Origin: Candidatus Omnitrophota bacterium | Lineage (GTDB): Bacteria; Omnitrophota; Gorgyraeia; JAHIPI01 | Direction: 5' to 3' | NCBI GenBank assembly: GCA_018894435.1 | Contig: JAHIPI010000027.1 | Coordinates: 1,552 to 65,551, forward strand | Length of the DNA: 64,000 bases | Part shown: piece after piece, positions 18,881 through 27,761 of the stretch | Numbering within the stretch: the first letter of the stretch is position 1 | Layout: each line of letters begins with the position of its first letter | Program-made: the position numbers and the translations under genes | The notes under the pieces: model-generated | The model's database searches: none | Seen by the model: only the letters and a program-made list of their open reading frames with translations | What the model was told of the DNA's origin: nothing

Positions 18881-19924
18881 TTATAACAATTTAAGCGAAC
18901 TTATCATCCCGCTGACAGCTTCAAAGACATCGTCCGTCGTGATCATCTTCAGGCATTTGAAACCGTTCTCGCAATTATGCGCAAGGCAAACCTTGCAGCC
19001 GGCGTCTTTATGAAGAAACATGTCCTTTTCGCCGGTAGGCCCCCATCTTTTCGGACTGAGGCCGGGCTCGTTCCTTCCGAATATAACAACACAGGGTGTG
19101 CCCGCAGCCGACGCTATATGGACCGGGCCTGAATCATTTGAAATAAATAAGGCGCACTTCTTAAAGAGCGCGGCAAGCTCGCCCACGGACGTCTTGCCGG
19201 AAAGGTCCAGCACCTCAGTTTTTAGGCCTTTTAAAAGCGCTTGGGCGTCTTTTGAATCGGCCGGCCCGGATATCAATACCGCCTGAAAATTATACCGTTC
19301 TTTCAGCCGGTCTATCAACGCCGCAAAACGCTCCGCCGGCCACCTCTTTGAGGGGCAGCTTGCGCCGGGATGCACAGCTATTAAGGGAACGGCACCGTTA
19401 TAGCCCTCGCGCGCCAGCTTTATATTTATCGAATTTTTGGCCGATTCTTTTACGGGCACATACGGCCTCTTATCCTTTGCCGTAATACCTATGTACTTTA
19501 ATATATCTAAAGTATAATCCAATTCATGCTTTTCTCCAAGAAATTTTTTATCTTTTATCCTTTTTGTCAAAAGACCCGCCATCTTCCTGTCTAGGCCGAT
19601 TCTTGAGGGGATGCCGGCTGAAAATGCTACTATATGCGCGCGGTTGGTCGGATGAAGTATAAGCGCTGTATCAAAGTGTTTTTTTCTTAAAGCCAGCCCG
19701 AAGAGGAGCGTCGCAAGAAAACTTTTATGCGCGCCGTCTTTATCATATATAATTACCTCATTGAGGTAAGGGTTACCTTCCACTATATCCCGGGCATAAG
19801 GCCGTACCATAACCGCAATATAAGCGGAAGGATAGGCATCCCTCACCGCCTTTATGGCCGGCGTAGAAAGCACCACATCGCCTATGCGGTCAGTCCGTAT
19901 TAGTAGTATGCGTTTTGGGTTCAT
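18881..19924 (-). CDS. Glycosyltransferase family 9 (ADP-heptose:LPS heptosyltransferase, WaaC/WaaF-like)
   Basis: RILLIRTDRIGDVVLSTPAIKAVRDAYPSAYIAVMV... Confidence 0.8.
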   Translation of the reverse strand: MNPKRILLIRTDRIGDVVLSTPAIKAVRDAYPSAYIAVMVRPYARDIVEGNPYLNEVIIYDKDGAHKSFLATLLFGLALRKKHFDTALILHPTNRAHIVAFSAGIPSRIGLDRKMAGLLTKRIKDKKFLGEKHELDYTLDILKYIGITAKDKRPYVPVKESAKNSINIKLAREGYNGAVPLIAVHPGASCPSKRWPAERFAALIDRLKERYNFQAVLISGPADSKDAQALLKGLKTEVLDLSGKTSVGELAALFKKCALFISNDSGPVHIASAAGTPCVVIFGRNEPGLSPKRWGPTGEKDMFLHKDAGCKVCLAHNCENGFKCLKMITTDDVFEAVSGMISSLKLL

Positions 19925-19930
19925 ATTTTT

Positions 19931-19962
19931 AGCTATCAGCTATCAGCTCTCAGCTATCAGCT
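19931..19962. repeat. Family-B heptamer-repeat arm (AGCTATC)n, left inverted repeat of the four-helix-bundle cassette
   Basis: agctatcagctatcagctctcagctatcagct. Encodes the last residues (ADS) and the stop of the four-helix-bundle gene. Confidence 0.7.
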
Positions 19963-20315
19963 TTTAATTTCTTTTTTAAACCAGATATCATTGCCGAAAT
20001 CTCATCGGATTTTTCAATAAGACAGCTTATGTCTCTTTCATTAAGATAATTTAACCGCTTAGCTATTTCTAGCCCACACATTACTTCATAAGAAGAACGT
20101 AATGAAATGCTCAAAAATCTATTAAACTCATTATCTGAACCAGCTCCGCTACCTTCGGCTATATTTAATGCTATTGACGTAGCTGCCCTTCTTAATTGAC
20201 TCGTTAATCCATATATCTCATTCGTCGGAAATTTATTCGTAATCTTATAAATATCTTCTATAAAACTCATTGCTTTATTCCAAATTGTCAGTTTTCTGAA
20301 TTTTTGTTCTTTCAT
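19950..20315 (-). CDS. Four-helix-bundle protein (23S rRNA intervening-sequence protein family, TIGR02436-like)
   Basis: 121 aa. ...LTSQLRRAATSIALNIAEGSG...EFNRFLSISLRSSYEVMCGLEIAKRLNYL is typical of the family. Confidence 0.7.
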   Translation of the reverse strand: MKEQKFRKLTIWNKAMSFIEDIYKITNKFPTNEIYGLTSQLRRAATSIALNIAEGSGAGSDNEFNRFLSISLRSSYEVMCGLEIAKRLNYLNERDISCLIEKSDEISAMISGLKKKLKADS

Positions 20316-20331
20316 ATCTAATTCCTATTAT

Positions 20332-20364
20332 AGCTGATGACTGACGACTGAAAGCTGACAGCTC
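20332..20364. repeat. Family-B heptamer-repeat arm, right inverted repeat of the four-helix-bundle cassette
   Basis: agctgatgactgacgactgaaagctgacagctc; its reverse complement is agctgtcagctttcagtcgtcagtcatcagct. Confidence 0.7.
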
Positions 20365-21334
20365 ACTTACCAAGCATTTCTTTCGCAACCTCAAACACTT
20401 CCTCCGCAGTGATCTCTTTCATGCATTCGTGCTCAAACTCGCACTGCGCCTTTTCGCAAGGAACGCAGTGTATCTTCTTTCTTATAACGCGGTCGTCTTT
20501 GCCTCTCGGGCCGTAGAGCCGCGGGTCCGTCGGGCCGAATATCGCCAATACTTTTGTTCCGGCGGCAACTCCTAAATGCATGGGAGCGCTGTCATTCGTT
20601 ATAAGCAGGTCGCTCTTTTTTAAAAGTGCGGCAAGCTGGCAAAGGCTCGTTTCGCCGGTAAGGTCAGTTACCTCTTTATTTGCGGCGGCTATTATATCCT
20701 TTACCGCCCGCCTGTCCGCCTTGTCGCCTGCCAATATCACATCGGCGTCGATTTCGTCAATAAGACGCCCTACAAGCTCCGCATATCCTTTTTTCGTCCA
20801 TCTTTTTATCTCGCTTTTCGCGCCCGGCGCTATGGCAACAACGGGTTTTTTTGAGTCGCTCTTTTTTATTATCTTATCTATAAAATCAATGTCTTCCGTG
20901 GGTATATGTATAAAAAAAGGCGCGTCCTTTACTTCGAGCCCTATTGAACTCAGTTTTGCGAGGTGCTGCTCCTTTTTATGCCTGACGGCCCTTGGGACAT
21001 TTTGAATGGGGCTCGTCCTGTATTTTGCGCCCAGAAGAAACGGGAAAAGCGAATTTCTCATATCTACTATAAGGTCATAACGGACCTTTCTCAATTTCTG
21101 TATGAGGCGGCGTTTCTCTTTAAGGGATGTGTGCTTATTGTAGATTATCAGCTTAAATACAGCCGGATGTTTTTTGAATAAGTCCTCACCGTTCGGGCCG
21201 ACCATCACGTCGAGTCTAGCGCTTGGAAAATGGCCGCAAAGGACCGACATGACGGGTGTCGTCAGCACTATATCGCCTATATTGCTCAGTGTGATAAATA
21301 GCATGCGTTTTACTTTGGATTTGTCTATTTTCAT
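20363..21334 (-). CDS. Glycosyltransferase family 9 (heptosyltransferase-like)
   Basis: MLFITLSNIGDIVLTTPVMSVLCGHFPSARLDVMV... Confidence 0.8.
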   Translation of the reverse strand: MKIDKSKVKRMLFITLSNIGDIVLTTPVMSVLCGHFPSARLDVMVGPNGEDLFKKHPAVFKLIIYNKHTSLKEKRRLIQKLRKVRYDLIVDMRNSLFPFLLGAKYRTSPIQNVPRAVRHKKEQHLAKLSSIGLEVKDAPFFIHIPTEDIDFIDKIIKKSDSKKPVVAIAPGAKSEIKRWTKKGYAELVGRLIDEIDADVILAGDKADRRAVKDIIAAANKEVTDLTGETSLCQLAALLKKSDLLITNDSAPMHLGVAAGTKVLAIFGPTDPRLYGPRGKDDRVIRKKIHCVPCEKAQCEFEHECMKEITAEEVFEVAKEMLGK

Positions 21335-21343
21335 AACATGCTT

Positions 21344-21391
21344 GGGGTCAGACCCTGATTATGTTAACTACGTTTCTTGGGGTCTGACCCC
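21344..21391 (+). repeat. REP (family A) with a shortened inverted arm
   Basis: ggggtcagaccctgattatgttaactacgtttcttggggtctgacccc. Encodes the C-terminal LGSDPKKRS of the upstream GT4-GT9 gene. Confidence 0.8.
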
Positions 21392-23532
21392 AGATACCCT
21401 TCTTCCTCAATCACCTTCATAACATCTTCCGGTGTAACGGCAGCCATGCACCTATTCTCGCGGCAGGTCATATCATAACAAGGAACTGAACAACCAATAT
21501 CTTTCTGTATCACCGTATAATTGTCTCCGCCGTAAGGGCCGGTTATGGCCGGATCCGTCGGCCCGAATATCGCTATCGTGCCGGTATGCATGCTTACAGA
21601 TATATGCATAGGCCCGGAATCCCCGGAGATAACGAGTTTGGCTCTTTCAAATATAGCCGCCATCTCCCTTATCGCAGTCCTTCCGCATAAAGATACCGTC
21701 TTATGGCGCATCGCTTTAGATATTTCTTCGGCCAGTTTCTCGTCTTTTCTGCCTCCGCTTATCACTATCTTTACACCGTATTTCTCCCGAAGCCGGTCGC
21801 CCAATAAGGAGAAATGCTCTACGGGCCACCTCTTAGGATCCCAGTTACCGCCCGGATTCAACACCACAAAACGCTCATTTGTGTTTATGCCCAGGGACTG
21901 TAAGAGCGCTTCGACTTTTTTTCTGTCAATATCCGTTATAAAAAACTCGTAATTCTTTTTAGAGGTATCCGCCCCTGCCGCTTCGGCCAATTTGAGGAAA
22001 TATTCCACTTTATGCATCCCGCACCCGCGCGCGGGCGCTGGATCGGATTGCTTCAGCTTCCCGGTCAGGATGCATCCTCTCCCTTTCGTGTCATAGCCAA
22101 TGCGCTCTTTTATCCCCGCCAAAAATGTAATGAATGCGCGTGTAAACGAACGGTGAAGTATAAAAGCTGTGTCAAAATGCTCTTTTCGCAGCTTCATTAT
22201 AAATCGGATCTTCCCCGCAATACCTCTTTCGCTCGCGTCTTCATCGAATATTATTAGTTCGTTAATACGCGAATTCGCCTCCAGCATCTCTTTCGTGCGC
22301 GGCACGACGACACAGGCGATGTAACTTTCAGGGTATGCCTCGCGGATAGCTCTTATGAACGGCGTGGAAAATATAACGTCGCCGAGCCAGTTCACGTTGA
22401 TGATTAATATTTTCTTCCGGGTTTTGGGTTTAGGGTTTATCACCTTTTTATATAAATTCTCGACTTTATCCGCCATCTTATCCAGCGTAAAGTCTCTCAA
22501 CACCTCTTCCCTTGCTTTTTCGCCAAGTGCGGACATCGTCTTCTTATCATTTAATAAATCTACGATCTTCCGGGCAAGGTCTTCGGCGTCGCCCACATTA
22601 AAAAGGATGCCGTTTTTCTTATCCTTTATAACATTCTCTATGCCGCCGACTCGACTCGCGATGCACGGTTTCGCCGAAGCCATCGCTTCCAAAAGCGAAA
22701 GGCCAAGACCTTCCTTCACCGAGGGTAAAATGAAAATATCCATAACTGAAAGCGGCTTTTTTGTGTCTTTTGCGCTTTTCGAAAATACTACATTGTCGCC
22801 GATGCCGAGTGTATCCGCAATTTTCCGCAGCCTCTTCTCGTCGGGGCCGTCACCGACCATCAATACCTTGAGAGACGGCACGCTGTCCGATACCCTGCTT
22901 GCCGCTTTAAGCAGTACCTCCTGGCCTTTCACAGGCGAAAGCCTGCCTATTGTGCCTATCACAGGGCCTTGGGCTTGGAACCCCAGTTCTTTTTTCTCCT
23001 TTATTTTATCGGCGTCAGCTATATCCCTGCGAAAATATTCGGTATCTATGCCGGTATATATAAGTTCCACTCTATCTTCCGGTAATTTGAAGTCATCCAT
23101 GAGATGCTGCTTTACCGCTTCGCTTATCGCTATCACTTTCACGCCCCAGGCTCCGTACAAGATCCTTCCCAGGCGGGTTTTAAAATAACCGTGACAAGTA
23201 GTAATATAAGGTACGCCCGTAGCGCGTGAGGTAAGGGCGGCCACTACCGCCGTAACCCTTGTATGCGCGTGTATTAATTCTATATTTTCCCGCTTCACTA
23301 TATCTTTTACGGCAAAAAATGTTTTGATTATCTTCGGGCTCAGTTCCGATTTAGTTTTTATATCCAGGTGAAAATGGTTTATGCCGCTTTTGGAAAGTTC
23401 CCCTTCCAGATCACCGCCAGAAGAAGCCACGAAAATAACGTGATTTCTCGCCTTCATGGCCTTAGCCAGATTGGCGACATATACGCCTATCCCGCCGATA
23501 TTAATGTGTGTTGTTAAGTGCAATATGCGCAT
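21364..23532 (-). CDS. Bifunctional glycosyltransferase: N-terminal GT4 (GT-B, EX7E) fused to a C-terminal GT9 heptosyltransferase-like domain
   Basis: N-terminus MRILHLTTHINIGGIGVYVANL...EGLGLSLLEAMASAKPCIAS. C-terminus KILIINVNWLGDVIFSTPFIRAIREAYPESYIACVV. Confidence 0.75.
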   Translation of the reverse strand: MRILHLTTHINIGGIGVYVANLAKAMKARNHVIFVASSGGDLEGELSKSGINHFHLDIKTKSELSPKIIKTFFAVKDIVKRENIELIHAHTRVTAVVAALTSRATGVPYITTCHGYFKTRLGRILYGAWGVKVIAISEAVKQHLMDDFKLPEDRVELIYTGIDTEYFRRDIADADKIKEKKELGFQAQGPVIGTIGRLSPVKGQEVLLKAASRVSDSVPSLKVLMVGDGPDEKRLRKIADTLGIGDNVVFSKSAKDTKKPLSVMDIFILPSVKEGLGLSLLEAMASAKPCIASRVGGIENVIKDKKNGILFNVGDAEDLARKIVDLLNDKKTMSALGEKAREEVLRDFTLDKMADKVENLYKKVINPKPKTRKKILIINVNWLGDVIFSTPFIRAIREAYPESYIACVVVPRTKEMLEANSRINELIIFDEDASERGIAGKIRFIMKLRKEHFDTAFILHRSFTRAFITFLAGIKERIGYDTKGRGCILTGKLKQSDPAPARGCGMHKVEYFLKLAEAAGADTSKKNYEFFITDIDRKKVEALLQSLGINTNERFVVLNPGGNWDPKRWPVEHFSLLGDRLREKYGVKIVISGGRKDEKLAEEISKAMRHKTVSLCGRTAIREMAAIFERAKLVISGDSGPMHISVSMHTGTIAIFGPTDPAITGPYGGDNYTVIQKDIGCSVPCYDMTCRENRCMAAVTPEDVMKVIEEEGYLGSDPKKRS

Positions 23533-23549
23533 AAATCTCCGGGGTCGCT

Positions 23550-23605
23550 GGGGTCAGACCCTCGTTATGTTAACTACGTAGTTTACATAATCAGGGTCTG
23601 ACCCC
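23550..23605. repeat. REPIN palindromic doublet (family A)
   Basis: ggggtcagaccctcgttatgttaactacgtagtttacataatcagggtctgacccc. Translated as the C-terminal tail LGSDPDYVNYVVNITRV of the upstream ORF. Confidence 0.85.
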
Positions 23606-25710
23606 AAATACTTCTCCACCGCTTTTAGCACTTCATCCGCTTTTATGTTTTTCATGCAGCGGTTATTTTTCGGGCAAACGCTCTTATAGCACGGGCTGCA
23701 TTTGATATCGGATTTGAGGACAATGGAATTTTCTACTTTCGTCATGTGTCTTTCGGGATCCGTCGGTCCAAATAGCGCCACTACCGGCACGTTAACAGCC
23801 GCTGCTATATGAAGCGGCGCGCTATCAGTAGTCACATATACTTTAAAACGGCTTATGAGCGCCGCAAGCTGCATGATATTTGTCTTTCCCGCCGCTATTA
23901 TGGGCTTACTCGCCGATAGTTTCGCCGCTTCTTTTGCCGGGGCAATATCCAGAGCTGCGCCGGTAAACACCGCCCTTATATCATGTTTCTTCGCAAGCGC
24001 GTCGCATAGTTCGGCTATTTCTTCGACGGGCCATCTCTTCGACTGCCATCTCGTACTCGCGGCTACATTTATGCCCACAAGAACATGCCTTTCGTCTACC
24101 CAGTTTTGTCTCAGAAAGTCATCCACCCATTCATAGTCCTCTTTTTTAGGCCAGAGCTGCGGCACTTCATCTTTTCTGTCTATACCGAGCATTGCGAGCG
24201 CCCTAAACTGATGCATTACCGGTTCGGCCGGTACTACGGAATCTTTGATCTTTTTATTTAAAAAGATGCTCCATTTACCGTTATCATAGCCATACCTTAA
24301 ATTTGCCATAGTCAGAAGTGAAAGAAGGTGGCTCGTCCTATTGTTCTGCAAATCCACGACTATGTCGAAATCTTCCTTTCTCAAACGTCCTGCCAATTTT
24401 AAAAGCCCCTTCCATGTCTTATCTCTGTTATCCGGTTCGAATATTATCCTCTCGTTTATGTACGGACAGCTCTCAAGCACACTGCTTGATGCTTCGCCGA
24501 CCAGCATCTTTATCACGGCTTCGGGAAATTTTTTCCGTATCGCCTGTAATGAAGGGATGGATAAGATCACATCGCCGAGAGCGCTCAGCTTAATAACCAG
24601 TATCTTCCTAAGTTTTATAGCATCCTCATAGACTTTCACGGTCTTCTCCGCCATGGAAGTGAGAGAATATTTATCCTCGACATCCTTTCGCGCCCGGGCG
24701 GCAATAGACCGGGCCAATCCGTTGTCCTTAAAAAGCCTCGTTATAGCTTCTGCTATGGAGTGCGGGTCTTCGGGAAATACCAATAAGCCGTTTTCTCCGT
24801 CGCGGATTATATCGGTTACCCCGCCTACCCGCGTAGCCACTACCGGCACGCCTACCGCCTGCGCTTCTATAATAACCCTGCCAAACGCCTCCGGTGCCCG
24901 CGTCGGCAGGACAAGCACATCAAGTTTAGACAATATCTGGGGGATATCCGTCCTCTGGCCCATAAATTCCACGACGCTGCTTATCCCTAACTGCCTTGTG
25001 AGGGCCTCAAGCTCTTCTCTGTATCTGGGTTTGGAATGCGGGGCGTCGCCGACTACCAGCAATTTTACATTCGGCATTTTTCTGAATATCATCGCTACCG
25101 CCCTGAAAAGATCCGCATGGCCTTTTAGCGGCGTTATTCTTGAGACTACGCCTATAATAAAATCTTTTTTCCGAGGGCTCTTCTCGCCTGCCGCGGCATC
25201 GATCTGTTTTAAGAATCTGAATTCGTCGAGATTGACTCCGCGCGGTATCAGCCTTATTCTGTCGTAGGGCGTAGCGAAATCTTTCATCATGTGCTCGGCC
25301 ATATCGCGGCTTGCTACTATTACAAACCTTCCCCAGCTCATGGGCCTTGAAAAAAGCCCGGTGTTATAATAACCGTGCGCTGTGGTTATAAATATCCTTT
25401 TAGTCAGTTTTGCCGCTCCTGAGCCAATTATAGCCGGCACCCTGCTTCTTGCGTGAACTATATCTATGTCTTCCTCTAATATGATCTTCGCCACTTTTCG
25501 TATCATCATTATAACGGTGACGGGAGATTTTTTCCCTACCGGAAGCGTGTAATGTTTAGAGCCTTCTTTCCGAAGGCGCTTTACGAGCCCGCCGCCACCT
25601 GATATCACGACGGATTTATGGCCCTTTTGGACGAGATAGCCGGCCAAATCTACCGCTCCGCGCTCCACACCCCCCACTTCCAGCTCTGGTAATATCTGTA
25701 GTATGTTCAT
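23554..25710 (-). CDS. Second bifunctional GT4-GT9 glycosyltransferase (paralog of 21364..23532)
   Basis: N-terminus MNILQILPELEVGGVERGAVDLAGYL...FGRVIIEAQAVGVPVVAT. C-terminus KILVIKLSALGDVILSIPSLQAIRKKFPEAVIKMLV. Confidence 0.75.
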   Translation of the reverse strand: MNILQILPELEVGGVERGAVDLAGYLVQKGHKSVVISGGGGLVKRLRKEGSKHYTLPVGKKSPVTVIMMIRKVAKIILEEDIDIVHARSRVPAIIGSGAAKLTKRIFITTAHGYYNTGLFSRPMSWGRFVIVASRDMAEHMMKDFATPYDRIRLIPRGVNLDEFRFLKQIDAAAGEKSPRKKDFIIGVVSRITPLKGHADLFRAVAMIFRKMPNVKLLVVGDAPHSKPRYREELEALTRQLGISSVVEFMGQRTDIPQILSKLDVLVLPTRAPEAFGRVIIEAQAVGVPVVATRVGGVTDIIRDGENGLLVFPEDPHSIAEAITRLFKDNGLARSIAARARKDVEDKYSLTSMAEKTVKVYEDAIKLRKILVIKLSALGDVILSIPSLQAIRKKFPEAVIKMLVGEASSSVLESCPYINERIIFEPDNRDKTWKGLLKLAGRLRKEDFDIVVDLQNNRTSHLLSLLTMANLRYGYDNGKWSIFLNKKIKDSVVPAEPVMHQFRALAMLGIDRKDEVPQLWPKKEDYEWVDDFLRQNWVDERHVLVGINVAASTRWQSKRWPVEEIAELCDALAKKHDIRAVFTGAALDIAPAKEAAKLSASKPIIAAGKTNIMQLAALISRFKVYVTTDSAPLHIAAAVNVPVVALFGPTDPERHMTKVENSIVLKSDIKCSPCYKSVCPKNNRCMKNIKADEVLKAVEKYLGSDPDYVNYVVNITRV

Positions 25711-25713
25711 TTT

Positions 25714-25808
25714 CAGCTTTCAGCTTTCAGCTCTCAGCTTTCAGCTGCCAATTTACCTGACCACAATCAGGTTTATAGCTGATAGCTGACGGCTGACGAC
25801 TGAAAGCT
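25714..25808. repeat. Family-B heptamer palindrome: (CAGCTTT)4CAGCTG, a 29-bp spacer that itself contains a hairpin, then the inverted heptamer arm; an 'empty' copy of the cassette ends
   Basis: cagctttcagctttcagctctcagctttcagctg ccaatttacctgaccacaatcaggtttat agctgatagctgacggctgacgactgaaagct. Occupies the whole intergenic gap. Confidence 0.75.
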
Positions 25809-25811
25809 TAA

Positions 25812-27761
25812 TTAAACTATCCTTTTCACTGCCTCGTATATTTTTTCGTTATCGTTCAAACGCTTCGGCTCTTCGTCCGAATCCATAAGCCCTACAATAT
25901 TGTCTTTCAGGTCTTTTACTTCCGAGAGGCAGATATGCCCTTTGGAGGCCATCTTTTTAAGGAACAGCTCGTGCTTGTTCGCTGCCGGCGCCGAGAGTTT
26001 TTTGTTCGGTTTAAACGCTATAACGTGTTTGCCGGAACTCGCCGCCTCCGAAAGCATGGAAGTCGATTCGCCCGAAACTACCACGACCGAAGACGCGCCC
26101 AATATCCCGCCAATGGCCCATTCAGGATTGCGCTCAGCGGATATTATAACAAGCTTTGCAAGTTCATCTTTTCCGAGTTTCGTCTTTAGGAGATTGTTTA
26201 CCTCATTACTCGTCCTTCTTGATGTGGTCGCGAGTATGTTTGCGTCAAGTTCATGTGCTGCGCCGAGCACTTTTTCAATCACATCTTCCACAAGCGCCTT
26301 GTCCAGCGAATAATTCTTATTGTCCCCGCCTATGAATAACCCTATATTTTCCTTATTGCCGAGTTCCGCGATCCTCTCCAGCTGCTTCAGGTCATCGGCC
26401 ATCTTTTTTTGCGATATCAAATTGGGCATGCCGAGCGTCTTTACAATATTTTCTCTTTCGGCGGGCCTGTCGTGTTCCGGTATTATGTTTATGTCAAAAT
26501 TGCGCACTGATAAAAGCGACGGTTTCATAAGCGCGATGCTTTTTGCGCAGTTTTCCCTGCTGAAGAGGATGTTTACGGCCGCCACGCGCGATCCGCATGA
26601 TATCACTATGTCGGCGTAAGCACTTTTTATCTCGTCATAACATTTAGGATCCAAAACAAGATTGAGCAGCTTCATCCTGAACAAGCAATAATTTGAAATA
26701 AGGGGCGTGATTAAAGCGGCAAGGGTCCTTCCGAAATCACTTTTATACGTTATCTCTATCACCCTTTTTTCGGTATCGCGCTCGGTATAGCCGAATTCGC
26801 GCCGCGATTCTTTTATCTTCTCGAAGACGGCAAGCGATTGATTTAAATGGCCCGCCCTGCCGTCTGTTAAAATAACCACCTTCCTCAAAGGTGTAGATTT
26901 CCATCTTTTATGAAGCCAAAGCCACTGCTCAGGGCTTTTCCTTACAAATGATTCCAAGAGAGAGCCGAATCTCTGCATTGCTTCAAGCTCGTTAGCTTCC
27001 ATGTCGCCTTCACTGCTGAGTGCTATGGGTTTCTCTATAAATATTGTATGGTAAGGACCGTCCCTTCTTACGACAAATGCCGGCACTATGAGGGCACCCG
27101 TCTTTCTCGCCAGCGCGAAAGCGCCTCTCGGACTGGAAGTAGGCCTCGCGAAGAAATTTATAAATACCCCCTTTTTGCCGGCGTCCTGATCGGAGAGGAT
27201 CCCGACTATGCCGTTTCTCGCGAGGTGCTCGTATATCTCCCTTGTTGCCATGCCTTTTTTTATGACCTTGCAGCCCTTGCTTTCTCTGGCGGCATTTAAA
27301 AGGTTGTTCAACCGCGTCATCTTCTGTTCCCTCGCAAGCACAAAAAGAGGAAAGCCTCTTAGCGCGCTCGCGATACTGGAAAGTTCCCAGTTTCCAAAAT
27401 GACCCGTAAGGTATATGGTGCCGCGGCCAAGTTTAGCCGCGCTTTCAAAATTATGCCAACCCTCCACTTTTATATATTTCTCAAAATAGTCCTTGTCAAC
27501 GTCGGGCAATCTCAAGATTTCCACAAGCATTTGGCCAAAATTCCTATATAGGCGCTTAACGGTACGCCGTATCTCTTCGGGCTCCTTTTCCGAGCCGAGC
27601 GCCGCGCGCATATTGGAATACGCCACCTTCGCCCTCTTGTAATTTACAAAATATGCGATACTGCCAAAGCCGCGGCCAAACGCCAAAGCGGTATCTACGG
27701 GAAGTATCCTGAAAAGCGCGCTTGCAAAATTAGCTATTAAATAAAGAACGTAATCGAGCAA
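25812..27761 (-). CDS. Fusion protein: N-terminal lipid A lauroyl/myristoyl acyltransferase (LpxL/HtrB family) plus C-terminal ELM1/DUF1022-like domain
   Basis: N-terminus ...YSNMRAALG...YLTGHFGNWELSS (LPLAT/LpxL motifs). C-terminal half begins VVILTDGRAGHLNQSLAV, recalled as the signature N-terminus of the ELM1-like family. Confidence 0.6.
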   Translation of the reverse strand: MLDYVLYLIANFASALFRILPVDTALAFGRGFGSIAYFVNYKRAKVAYSNMRAALGSEKEPEEIRRTVKRLYRNFGQMLVEILRLPDVDKDYFEKYIKVEGWHNFESAAKLGRGTIYLTGHFGNWELSSIASALRGFPLFVLAREQKMTRLNNLLNAARESKGCKVIKKGMATREIYEHLARNGIVGILSDQDAGKKGVFINFFARPTSSPRGAFALARKTGALIVPAFVVRRDGPYHTIFIEKPIALSSEGDMEANELEAMQRFGSLLESFVRKSPEQWLWLHKRWKSTPLRKVVILTDGRAGHLNQSLAVFEKIKESRREFGYTERDTEKRVIEITYKSDFGRTLAALITPLISNYCLFRMKLLNLVLDPKCYDEIKSAYADIVISCGSRVAAVNILFSRENCAKSIALMKPSLLSVRNFDINIIPEHDRPAERENIVKTLGMPNLISQKKMADDLKQLERIAELGNKENIGLFIGGDNKNYSLDKALVEDVIEKVLGAAHELDANILATTSRRTSNEVNNLLKTKLGKDELAKLVIISAERNPEWAIGGILGASSVVVVSGESTSMLSEAASSGKHVIAFKPNKKLSAPAANKHELFLKKMASKGHICLSEVKDLKDNIVGLMDSDEEPKRLNDNEKIYEAVKRIV

